From a virus (Duplodnaviria; Caudoviricetes): a stretch of 64,000 bases of DNA. This document shows positions 1 to 8,579 of the stretch, piece after piece (the first letter of the stretch is position 1; every line of letters starts with the position of its first letter). The translations under genes were made by a program, and so were the position numbers. A model generated the notes under the pieces. That model was not told the DNA's origin. It saw only the letters and a list, made by a program, of their open reading frames with translations, and ran no database searches. The stretch spans positions 1 to 64,000 of the IMG/VR virus record IMGVR_UViG_2866474162_000001; one strand, written 5' to 3'.

Positions 1-749
1 ATGACCGGAGGTGGTGGCAGGGCCGGCGCGAGGGGAGCCGCCACGAGACGGGGAGGAGCGGGCGGCGGGTTCGCCGGGGCGCTGGCGGCGGGCGCCCAGG
101 GGGAAGCCGGAGCCGGCGTGGCCTGGGGAGCCCATTCCGCGCCCGCCACTGGCAACCCCGACTGCGGGGCGGTCGACCCGTGGGAGGCGGGTGGCGCCGA
201 GCGGGGCGGAGTGGAGGCGGCCGGCGCAGGGGCAGTCGTCGGCGGCTGATGCGGCTGTGGCATGACCGGCATGGGCATCGTCGGACCGGAGAGGGCGCCC
301 GGCTGCGGGGTGGGAGCGGCGGCGGAGCCGCCGAGGTACTCGCGGGCTGTGCGTACCGCGGGGTGGTCCGGACCGAGCACCGCGGGCCCGGCGGTGGCGA
401 CCCGGTAGTAGTTGCGGCGGGCCTCGTGCCGGTTGCCCAACTCCTCCGCGACCCCGGCAAGGTCGAAGCTGAGCGCGAGCATCAGCGGGTCGGCCTCGCC
501 GCGGCGACGTTCACCGGCCGCGTACGCCTCCTCGAGCACCCGTCGGGCGCCGGCCGGATCGTCGGCCTCCCGGTGCAGTCGGGCCAGCATGTGAGCGGCG
601 GCGAGCACATCCGGATGGTCCTCCCCGTACGCCGGTCGGACCGCCGCGATCGCGGCGGCGAGCAGACGGCGGGCGGCGGCCAGATCGCCGGCGGAGCGCA
701 GCGAGAGGGCCTGGTGTTGAGCGGCGGTCAGGGGGGAGGGGTGTGACAC
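1..749 (-). CDS. Tetratricopeptide-repeat protein, host gene (partial, runs off left edge)
   Basis: Hand translation from GTG at 749: MSHPSPLTAAQHQALSLRSAGDLAAARRLL...YGEDHPDVLAAAHMLARLH...LGPDHP; TPR-like GxDHP repeats. Absent from the ORF track because it has no stop in the window. Confidence 0.75.
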   Translation of the reverse strand, partial: MSHPSPLTAAQHQALSLRSAGDLAAARRLLAAAIAAVRPAYGEDHPDVLAAAHMLARLHREADDPAGARRVLEEAYAAGERRRGEADPLMLALSFDLAGVAEELGNRHEARRNYYRVATAGPAVLGPDHPAVRTAREYLGGSAAAPTPQPGALSGPTMPMPVMPQPHQPPTTAPAPAASTPPRSAPPASHGSTAPQSGLPVAGAEWAPQATPAPASPWAPAASAPANPPPAPPRLVAAPLAPALPPPPV

Positions 750-981
750 GTGAGCAATGCTGCCCGGAATGGGTGCCCGCACGCTACCCAGGCCGGCGGA
801 TCCGATTCGGCTCGCCGTGAAGAGCCTCCCTGTGACCGCTCTGAACAGGGTAAACGCGGCGCATGGCCGGCGATGTGCATGATCCATCCGGGCCGTGTAC
901 AGTAATCCCCCGTGCGGCCCACCGGGGCGGCCGAACCGGTGACGAGGTCACCTCGGCCGACAGGGTAGGCTGGACGTGCAG

Positions 982-1068
982 GTCCGGGTGGCGGAATGGC
1001 AGACGCGCTAGCTTGAGGTGCTAGTGCCCGTATAGGGCGTGGGGGTTCAAGTCCCCCCTCGGACACCA
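982..1068 (+). tRNA. tRNA-Leu(GAG), probable prophage integration site
   Basis: GTCCGGG acceptor arm, GGCAGAC D-loop, CTAGC-TTGAGGT-GCTAG anticodon arm, long variable arm, GGGGGTTCAAGTCCCCC T-arm, encoded CCA at 1066-1068. Confidence 0.97.
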
Positions 1069-1089
1069 GTACGAACGACACAGGCTTTG

Positions 1090-1122
1090 GGCCGCTGACC
1101 TGGCAGAACTCAGGTTAGCGGC
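1090..1122. terminator. Hairpin after tRNA-Leu
   Basis: GGCCGCTGACCTG-gcagaact-CAGGTTAGCGGCC inverted repeat. Confidence 0.6.
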
Positions 1123-1149
1123 CTTGATCGTTTTTCGGGCTGTTTGCCG

Positions 1150-1171
1150 CCGTGGGAACACCGTGGGAACA
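1150..1171. repeat. Tandem 11-bp direct repeat, probable integrase arm-type sites
   Basis: CCGTGGGAACA twice (1150-1160, 1161-1171) between the tRNA and the integrase. Confidence 0.55.
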
Positions 1172-1325
1172 CGGGCCCGGACGAGCCCCGCCGCATGACG
1201 CCGCCGGGCCGATCTTGTGCCCGGCGATCGAGACGGTTACGGTCCCACTGTTGCGCATATAGGTGCGTCGGCGGCAGCGCCCGCAGGACACCGGGTCGAG
1301 GCCGCCGCGTTCACGTGGAGGAACG

Positions 1326-2564
1326 GTGGCATCAGTCGAGAAGCGGACGACGAAGGACGGCAAGAGCACTCGGTGGCGGGTGAAGTGGCGCGAGGGCGGC
1401 CGCCGCGAGAACCCGTGGAGCAGCCGCACGTTCGACTACCAGGCCGACGCGAAGCGGTTCAAGACGCTGGTCGAGGTCGTCGGCGAGCGGATGCCGACGC
1501 CGGAGCAGCTGGTCGAGCACGGCTTCGCCGAGCTCCTTCCCGTCGGCGTGGCCGCCCCGGCGCCGGAGCCCGCCGAGCAGGTGCTGACGTTCCGGGCGTA
1601 CGCCGAGGAGTGGCTGGGCCAGCTGGTGAAGCCGCACCCGGAGACGGTGCGCAAGTACCGGGAGCGCTTGGAGAAGCACGTCTTCCCGCGGCTGGGCGAC
1701 CGGCCGATCGCCGAGATCACCCGGCGGGAGATGCGCGAGTGGCAGCAGGCCCTGCGCGACGCCGGCCTCTCGGCGAAGACGATCGCCAACATCCGGGGTG
1801 AGAGCGTGGTGCCGATCTTCAAGGCGGCGTGCCGGCCGGGCGAGGACGGGGAGCCGGCCGTGCGGACGTCGAACCCGATGGACGGGCTGCCGCTGCCCGA
1901 GGGCCCGCGCGCCGAGCGGGACATCCTGGAGAGCCCGGACGAGGCCCGGCTGTTCCTGGAGGCGGCGTACCAGGTGGACCCGGAGGCGGCGGACCTGCTG
2001 CTGTGCAAGCTGTCGACGGGGCTGCGCTGGGGTGAGGTGTCGGCCCTGCCGCCCCGGGCGGTCAACGTCGCCCGCTCCACGGTGTCCATCGTGCAGGTCC
2101 TGCGGAAGGTGAACCGGCGGTGGGTGGTCGAGCCCAAGCCGAAGACGAAGCAGGGTTACCGGGAGGTGCCGCTGACCGCCGCGGTGGCGCGGATGGTCGC
2201 CGAGCGGTGCGCGGCCGCCAGCCGCGAGCCGGGCCGGCAGTTCGTGTTCGTGGCGCCGCGCGGCAACCACTGGCGGTACGAGGACTTCTACACGGACCGG
2301 TGGGTGAAGATCCGCGACCTGGCCCGCGAGAAGGGTCTGCCGCGCCGGATGACGATGCACGGGCTGCGGCACTCGCTGCTGACGCTGCTGGCCACGGAGG
2401 GCGTCGACCTGGCGGCGCTGCGGACGATGGCCGGGCACGCCAGCGTGACGACGACGATGAACGTGTACGTGCACGCGACGCGGCGGCACCACGAGCCGGT
2501 GCGGCAAATCGTCGGGGGCTTCCTCGGCGTCGATGCGTTGGCCACGGGCTCACCCGTCGGGTAG
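1326..2564 (+). CDS. int: Tyrosine recombinase / phage integrase
   Basis: GTG at 1326 after GGAGG; N-terminal arm-binding region (WRVKWREGG), core domain, catalytic TGLRWGE, HGLRHS and GHASVTTTMNVYVH. Confidence 0.95.
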   Translation: MASVEKRTTKDGKSTRWRVKWREGGRRENPWSSRTFDYQADAKRFKTLVEVVGERMPTPEQLVEHGFAELLPVGVAAPAPEPAEQVLTFRAYAEEWLGQLVKPHPETVRKYRERLEKHVFPRLGDRPIAEITRREMREWQQALRDAGLSAKTIANIRGESVVPIFKAACRPGEDGEPAVRTSNPMDGLPLPEGPRAERDILESPDEARLFLEAAYQVDPEAADLLLCKLSTGLRWGEVSALPPRAVNVARSTVSIVQVLRKVNRRWVVEPKPKTKQGYREVPLTAAVARMVAERCAAASREPGRQFVFVAPRGNHWRYEDFYTDRWVKIRDLAREKGLPRRMTMHGLRHSLLTLLATEGVDLAALRTMAGHASVTTTMNVYVHATRRHHEPVRQIVGGFLGVDALATGSPVG

Positions 2565-2581
2565 CGAGGTCCACCCGACAG

Positions 2582-2614
2582 CGAGCGGGCGGCGGGTCAC
2601 CCGCCGCCCGCTCG
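2582..2614. terminator. 15-bp perfect hairpin after integrase
   Basis: CGAGCGGGCGGCGGG-TCA-CCCGCCGCCCGCTCG. Confidence 0.7.
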
Positions 2615-3065
2615 GGCGCCATCGACCGGCGGGCTGCACTGGCATCGGCGGGCAGGCAAACGAGGCGTCGACTGGTCGCCGGGACCGGCGCCTTGAGTGG
2701 CGAGGCGTGCCGAGCAGTGGCTCTTGAAGAACCGTCCATGAGATGCGAGTCTCACTCGCTATGAGCCGCAATGGACACGGGCGCCCACGTCAGCCGAGCG
2801 ACGAAGTCGCGGAACGACGCGAACGGCGCGATGCACGGATCCGCGCCGAACGCACCGAGCTCGCGATGGCGGAGATGGACGACAAGCCGCCGACCGAGGA
2901 CATCGAATTCGGACCCGGTCGTGATACGCGTGCATGGCGCGGAGGATCGCCCGGGCTCGGACGAGGCCGATGACCTGCCCGACGTGGCGCCGTAGCGATC
3001 GGATCGCGGCTACTTAGAGACGTTGTGGCGGCCCAAGGCCGAAGCGATTTCGATGCGTGAGGGGG

Positions 3066-3860
3066 TCAGGGCAGGATCGCGTCGACGTACCCACCGTCGA
3101 CCCGCACCGCACCACCGGTCGTTGCCGAGGACAGCGGTGAGCTGAGATAGGTCACAAGATTGGCGATCTCCTCCGGCTCGATCAATCGCTGCAGCAGCGA
3201 TTGCGGCCGGTGCTGCCTCATGAAAACGCGCTGTGCTTCGTCCCAGGGCAGGTCGCGGTCGACGAGCTGGTAGACGAAGTCCTCCACTCCGCCGGTGTGC
3301 GTGGGCCCCGCGATGACCGAGTTGACCGTAACGCCAGTCCCGGATGCTTCCTTCGCGAACCCTCGGGAAACGGCGAGCAGCGCCGTCTTCGACATGCCGT
3401 AGTGGATCATCTCGGTCGGGATGACGACCGCGGAGTCGCTGGCGATGTACAGGATCCGCCCCCAACCGCGGCTCGACATGCGGGGTAGATGATGCCGGGT
3501 CAGCCTCACGGCGGCGAGGACGTTGACCTCGAAGAACTGGCGCCACTCCGCGTCGGTGATCTCCAATGCGGGGCGCGACTCGAAGATGCCCAGGTTGTTG
3601 ACCAGCACGTCCACGTGAGGCAGCGCTTCGGCCGCCGCCGCGAAGCCCTCGTCGGAAGCGACGTCGGCCACCACCGGCACCAGAGCCGCCTCGGGCAGCT
3701 CCATGCGTAGCTCGTCGATCGCCCGGTTGACGGAATCGGTCGACCGGCCGTTGACGCCGACGCGTGCTCCGGCGGCGGCCAGGCCGCGGACGATGGCGAG
3801 GCCGATGCCCTGCGTGGAGCCGGTCACGAGCGCAGTCCTGCCGGCCAGGTCGATCCTCAC
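3066..3860 (-). CDS. Short-chain dehydrogenase/reductase (cargo)
   Basis: TGSTQGIG Rossmann motif, NNLG, catalytic YGMSK (YxxxK). Confidence 0.95.
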   Translation of the reverse strand: MRIDLAGRTALVTGSTQGIGLAIVRGLAAAGARVGVNGRSTDSVNRAIDELRMELPEAALVPVVADVASDEGFAAAAEALPHVDVLVNNLGIFESRPALEITDAEWRQFFEVNVLAAVRLTRHHLPRMSSRGWGRILYIASDSAVVIPTEMIHYGMSKTALLAVSRGFAKEASGTGVTVNSVIAGPTHTGGVEDFVYQLVDRDLPWDEAQRVFMRQHRPQSLLQRLIEPEEIANLVTYLSSPLSSATTGGAVRVDGGYVDAILP

Positions 3861-4617
3861 AGCTCAAGCGTAGTGGGCGGCCTGCACGGCTCGCACTGGT
3901 TGCGACCGCATCCGACGCCATCGGGATGTGCGAGCCCAGCGAGCACGTCAGGCCAGATAGGTCGCCAACGGTCCAATGGCAGATCAACGCCGTGGCGGCG
4001 TGGCAGGACCAGGAGCGCCTCGGGTGACCTGCCGCGTCTCCTCGACTCGTCGTTCAGGCGCTGACTTCGGCGCACGGATCTCGGCTCTAACGAGCCGAAC
4101 GGAGGAGACGGCATGTGCCGGACATGGCTACCCTTGATCACGGAGCCGGTCGGTTGAACCCGGTGTTGACCCACTGGGCCGTGGTGCTGATTTTCCTTAG
4201 TTTGGCTTGCATCTCAACCCTTGTCTCAGTGTCCGTATCGGCAATGAGTCCTGAGAGCAAGGTGAGCCGGATGGTAGCAACGCCTGTCACCGTTGTTATG
4301 TCTGTCGAAGCGGGTCTGATGACCAACTTGGCAGCGTCAGCACTGGGTTGAGTCGATCGTCTCCACCCCAGTTACCCTTCCGAGTCGTATGGCAATTGGC
4401 AGGCCGGAGATGGCAGGGTGGACACTGTGACTGGACGGGAGATCGCCGAAGTGGGAACCTGCGAGACCTGTCATGATCCAGTTGACTTTACGAACGAGCA
4501 AGCCGTGGCGCACCATACTTTGCGTACCTCAGATGCCGCCTGTGACGCGTGCTGGCACTGCTGGGACAAGCCTCGTTGTTACAGGTGCTTCAACGCCGAC
4601 TGCGAGTGCTCAAACCA

Positions 4618-4953
4618 CTAGATGACCGGGACGTCGGCAAGCACAGAACAAACGTCCCGTTGACGCCCAACCGCGGAGCAGCCCAAGCAGTATGAACGTG
4701 GCACCAAGACCGATCCACCGCGCCCGGACACCACGATGCCAATGAGCGTGTCCATGGTGAGCCATGCGGCCGATTCTGTGGCCACCTCGACACGGCCACA
4801 CGAGACACAGCCCAGCTTCCCCAAGGGATGTCCAGGCGTGGTGGCCACCCATTGCCCGTCGGGGGCATTGCCGATTGGATCGGTTCCAACCATCAAAATC
4901 AGCTGAGCGCTCATCGGCAGAAGCGGATGTAGCCGTATCGCGTCGTCGGCCAT
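4618..4953 (-). CDS. Hypothetical protein with two CxxC motifs
   Basis: ORF MADDAIRL... with CVSC and CLGC; lies in a lower-GC patch. Confidence 0.4.
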   Translation of the reverse strand: MADDAIRLHPLLPMSAQLILMVGTDPIGNAPDGQWVATTPGHPLGKLGCVSCGRVEVATESAAWLTMDTLIGIVVSGRGGSVLVPRSYCLGCSAVGRQRDVCSVLADVPVI

Positions 4954-5188
4954 GAGTTCACCCTCGGTAGCCAGTAAGCCGGGGATCGCGTAGCCCATCA
5001 AGCGGAGTAGGAAGCAGCAGCGGGCGGCGTGCCGGTGGGGTGGGGGCGGCGGCTAACCGCCCGTCGGAGACCGATCCTCCTAGGATGGTCTAGGAGGTGT
5101 GGCGTGGGGCGGGGGCGTCCAACTGCCGGCATCGGGCCGGCACGTCGCCGATGAGTGCGCAGAACGATCTGTCCTGGACGCCCCCACG

Positions 5189-5371
5189 TCAGCGGCGCCC
5201 CGCCAGTGCCGGGCACGCCTGGTAAGCGGCTTCAAGGTCCGCCTCGGTGAAGCGGACCTTGCGGCCGAGGCGGTGGCAGGGGACGCGGCCCTTGGACACC
5301 CAGCGCCGGAGGGTGGTCTCCGCGATGCGAAGCTTCGCCGCGGCCTCGGCGTAGGTGTAGTCCCTGGCCAC
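5189..5371 (-). CDS. xis: Excisionase-like HTH protein
   Basis: 60 aa, YTYAEAAAKLRIAETTLRRWVSKGRVPCHRLGRKVRF; GGAGGAGG RBS. Confidence 0.85.
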   Translation of the reverse strand: MARDYTYAEAAAKLRIAETTLRRWVSKGRVPCHRLGRKVRFTEADLEAAYQACPALAGRR

Positions 5372-5544
5372 CTCGTCCTCCTCCTTCCCTCCGGCACTGG
5401 TGTTGGGTCACTGTAGACCATTGCGGCCCGATAGGTCTACGGTGGGCTACGACAGGCCACGGCGAGAGCGGAAGCCGCCGGCACCTCTCGCTAGCCGCCT
5501 GGTGTACGGCTACGATCTGGCACTGCGCGTGCATGGCACGCGAT

Positions 5545-5617
5545 GCGCTGGAAGTGCTGTTGGCTGGCACGCCGCCGTTCCACGGTGGAGGCCCAGGTTC
5601 GAATCCTGGCCGGCGCT
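5545..5617 (+). tRNA. tRNA-Gly(TCC), non-canonical, CCA not encoded
   Basis: Acceptor GCGCTGG/CCGGCGC, D-stem GTGC/GCAC, anticodon arm CCGCC-GTTCCAC-GGTGG (TCC at 5579-5581), T-arm CCAGG-TTCGAAT-CCTGG, discriminator T5617 followed by CGA. Confidence 0.85.
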
Positions 5618-5651
5618 CGACGCCCGGCCACGGGGGAAGGTGGTGAGCGGC

Positions 5652-6998
5652 GTGTTCCACGGCAGCATCCCGGCTGACCTGCGCTCGATCATCTACGAGC
5701 ACGCGGAGTCCTGGCCGGACACCGACCTGTACGTCGGCTGCTCGGGGAACTTCACGATCGAGCGGACGCTGCACAGCCGGCCCGGCGAGCGCCGGGCGAT
5801 CCACGGCAACGACGTCCAGGCGTACAGCTCGGCGCTCGGCTGGTGGCTGGCCGGCCGGGAGCTGGACTACCGGCTGAAAGACGAGCACCGCGAGGAGCTG
5901 GCCTGGCTGGAGCCGTACTTGGCCACGTCGACGGACACCCTGGCGACGCTGATGCTCGGCACCCGGTTCCTCCAGTACGTCGGCCGGGAGGGCGTCTACT
6001 ACGAGCGGATGGTTCGGGCGACCGTCGGGCAGTTCCCGTCGATGCACGCCAAGACAGTGGGGAAGCTGTCCGCGCTGACGCTGCGGCTGGCCGACTACTA
6101 CTGCGGTGACGTGCGGGACTACCTGCGCGACGTCGTGGCGGCCGACGCGCCGGTGGCGATGTTCCCGCCGTTCTACGCGGGCGACTACGAGCAGCAGTTC
6201 GCCGGGATCGACGAGTTCTTCGACTGGCCGGCGCCGAGCTACGACCTGCTCGACGAGGACGGCAAGGAGGAGATCATCGGCGCGGTGCTCGACCGGCCGC
6301 ACTGGATCCTCGGCCTGCACATCGCCCGCGACGAGCTGCGCCCCTGGCTGCGCGGCGTCGTCCAGACCAGCAACCGCGGCATGCCGATCTACGTGTACGC
6401 CAGCTCGGGCGCGCGGCGCGTGGTCGCGCCCGCCCAGCAGGTCGCGCCGATCCTGCTGCCGAAGATCGGCCCCGGCGAGGACCTCGGCGACCGTATGGCG
6501 ATCCACGTGCTGACGGGCGGCCAGTTCGCGGCCGTGCGGTCGCAGTTCATGAGCAAGACGATCCTGCCCGGCTCCCCGTTGCTCGCCTGCGGCGTCAGCG
6601 TCGACGGGAAGCTCGTCGGCGCGTTCGCGTACCTGCCGCCGAAGTTCGACCCGAGCACCGCCTACCTGATGAGCGACTTCCCCGTGTCGTGGACCCGGTA
6701 CCGGCGGCTGGCGAAGCTGATCGTGATGGCGGCCGCCAGCCGCGAGGCACAGCTGCTGTTGCAGCGGTCCCTGTCGAAGCGGCTGACCGGCTGGTCGACC
6801 ACGGCGTTCACCGACCGACCGAACAGCGCCAAGTACGGACGGGGCATCCCCGGCGTGAAGCTGCAGAAGCGCAGCGATGCGGCCGCCGACGGCATCCACC
6901 GCTACCAGCTCCAGTACGGCGGCCCCCTGGGTAACTGGACCCTGCAAGAGGCGCTGGCGGAGTGGAAGCGCCGCCACGGGAAGGACGAGCGACGATGA
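5652..6998 (+). CDS. N6-adenine-MTase-like domain fused to a GNAT/Mom-like domain (putative DNA modification / antirestriction enzyme)
   Basis: N-terminal DLYVGCSGNFT (motif I-like), GNDV, and MFPPFY (degenerate motif IV); C-terminal GVSVDGKLVGAFAY...YLMSDFPV...RRLAKLIV...TTAFTD pattern resembles a GNAT fold. Start could be 5640, 5643 or 5652. Confidence 0.7.
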   Translation: MFHGSIPADLRSIIYEHAESWPDTDLYVGCSGNFTIERTLHSRPGERRAIHGNDVQAYSSALGWWLAGRELDYRLKDEHREELAWLEPYLATSTDTLATLMLGTRFLQYVGREGVYYERMVRATVGQFPSMHAKTVGKLSALTLRLADYYCGDVRDYLRDVVAADAPVAMFPPFYAGDYEQQFAGIDEFFDWPAPSYDLLDEDGKEEIIGAVLDRPHWILGLHIARDELRPWLRGVVQTSNRGMPIYVYASSGARRVVAPAQQVAPILLPKIGPGEDLGDRMAIHVLTGGQFAAVRSQFMSKTILPGSPLLACGVSVDGKLVGAFAYLPPKFDPSTAYLMSDFPVSWTRYRRLAKLIVMAAASREAQLLLQRSLSKRLTGWSTTAFTDRPNSAKYGRGIPGVKLQKRSDAAADGIHRYQLQYGGPLGNWTLQEALAEWKRRHGKDERR

Positions 6999-7450
6999 GC
7001 GACGAGCACCGCGGCGGCGAGCAGGCCGGCTGCCCGAAGACGCTGTGGGACGGGATGACGCCCCACCAGTGCGACAAGGGCGCCGACACGGGCGTGTGCC
7101 CGACCCACGGGCGGTTCCGGCACGACCAGCGGCCGGCCTCAGCCGACCCGGACAGGCCGTGCCCGCACGACGACCTGCACCTGGACGCCGACGTGCAGCG
7201 GCTGACCGCCTCCGAAGACGACCCCACGGTGGTGGCGTACATCGTGGAGCTCTCGATCCGCTGCCTGAGCTGCCAGGAGCGATTCCGTTGGACGGGCGTG
7301 CCCGCCGGGCTTATGCCGAACCGGCCGGCCTGCTCGCCCGACGAGTTCGTGCTGCACGCGCCGATCCGGCCCGCGAGCGCCGACCCGGACTTCGGGCTCG
7401 GCATCCCCGGGTTCGCCATCCAGTACCGCGAGGGAGGCGGGCAGCGGTGA
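6995..7450 (+). CDS. Cys/His-rich hypothetical protein
   Basis: ATGA overlap with the upstream stop; several C/H clusters including CLSC. Confidence 0.7.
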   Translation: MSDEHRGGEQAGCPKTLWDGMTPHQCDKGADTGVCPTHGRFRHDQRPASADPDRPCPHDDLHLDADVQRLTASEDDPTVVAYIVELSIRCLSCQERFRWTGVPAGLMPNRPACSPDEFVLHAPIRPASADPDFGLGIPGFAIQYREGGGQR

Positions 7451-8388
7451 GCGACGTCGACGAGCTGGCAGGGCCCGCCGACGGCGGCCCGCTGAACCTG
7501 CGCCCCGAGACGGTCGACCCGGCCAGCCTGACGCTGCTGGAAGTCAACGCGCGGTACATGCGCAAGGAGATGTTCGACCGCCTGGTGGCGAACGTCAGGC
7601 GGGACGGAGCGCTGACCAGCACGCCCCTGGTGTGGAACGACACGGCCGGCGGTCGGATGGTCGTGCTGTCCGGCAACCACCGGATCATGGCGGCCCGGGA
7701 GGCCGGCCTGGCGCAGGTCAACGTCATCGTGGTCGACCAGCCGCTGACCCGCGCCCGGCAGGTCGCGTTGCAGCTGTCGCACAACGCGATCGAGGGCGAG
7801 GACGACCCGGCCACGTTGAAGCAGCTGTACGAGGAACTGGACGACGTGGACTGGCGGGCCTACTCGGGCCTGGACGACAAGCAGCTCGACCTGCTCGCGC
7901 AGGTCGACCTGGAGGGCCTGTCCGAGGCGAACCTGGACTTCGCCACGGTGCAGCTGGTGTTCCTGCCGTACGAACTCGAGGCGGCCCGCGCCAGCTTCGA
8001 CGAGGCGCGGAAGCTGACACAGGCCGACGCCCGGTGGCTCGCCGGGTACGGCGACTACGAGGCCACCCTGGACGCCCTCGCGACGGCCCACGGCGCCCAC
8101 AACGTCGGCAACGTAGCCACCGCACTCGGCCTCATCCTCGCGGTGTTCGAGCGGCACCTCGGCGAGCTGCGCGACGGCGTGTGGCTCGACGAGGAGAGCG
8201 GCGAGCCGATCGGGCACGCGCACCGCCTGGTGCCGATCGAGACGGTGCTGGAGACACGCTCCATGCCGGCCGACGCGGCGGCGGTGCTGCACCGCGCCGT
8301 GGACAAGCTGGTCCGTACGGGCGAGGTGCCCGCCGACCAGCGGTGGCGGGCGCTGGAGCTGCTGGCCGCCGACTACCTCGCCGGATGA
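7447..8388 (+). CDS. ParB/Srx-like domain protein
   Basis: GTGA overlap; NARYM...LTSTPLV...VVLSGNHRIMAA ParB N-terminal motif. Confidence 0.85.
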   Translation: MSDVDELAGPADGGPLNLRPETVDPASLTLLEVNARYMRKEMFDRLVANVRRDGALTSTPLVWNDTAGGRMVVLSGNHRIMAAREAGLAQVNVIVVDQPLTRARQVALQLSHNAIEGEDDPATLKQLYEELDDVDWRAYSGLDDKQLDLLAQVDLEGLSEANLDFATVQLVFLPYELEAARASFDEARKLTQADARWLAGYGDYEATLDALATAHGAHNVGNVATALGLILAVFERHLGELRDGVWLDEESGEPIGHAHRLVPIETVLETRSMPADAAAVLHRAVDKLVRTGEVPADQRWRALELLAADYLAG

Positions 8389-8489
8389 GCGGCCGGCTGC
8401 CCCGGTCGACGAAGGCGATCCTCGCGGTCTACCTGGTGCTGATCGTCGGGGGCCTGGCCGCCGGCTGCATCGGGCACTGGCCCTTCTGA
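8385..8489 (+). CDS. 34-aa single-TM peptide
   Basis: ATGA overlap; MSGRLPRSTKAILAVYLVLIVGGLAAGCIGHWPF. Confidence 0.5.
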   Translation: MSGRLPRSTKAILAVYLVLIVGGLAAGCIGHWPF

Positions 8490-8579
8490 GGCCGCACCCC
8501 ACGACCCCCCGGCCGGCAGCCCGCCGGCCGACGATCCGGCCGCAGTGACCCGCTGCGGCCCTACCTCTGGAGGAGCGAG

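Noticed and set aside
728-1081. ORF MSFVLVSEGGLEPPRP...
   Set aside because: It is the antisense reading of tRNA-Leu, not a protein.
2743-3000. Short overlapping ORFs after the integrase terminator
   Set aside because: Conflicting frames with no clear RBS or motif; cannot be supported as genes.
4418-4621. Cys-rich 67-aa ORF as a metallothionein-like or RiPP precursor
   Set aside because: No modifying enzymes nearby, weak RBS and a degenerate low-GC context.
5232-6977. 581-aa minus-strand ORF (also 5510-5692)
   Set aside because: Shadow of the MTase/GNAT gene and the tRNA-Gly (RRPGFEPGPPPW is the tRNA antisense).
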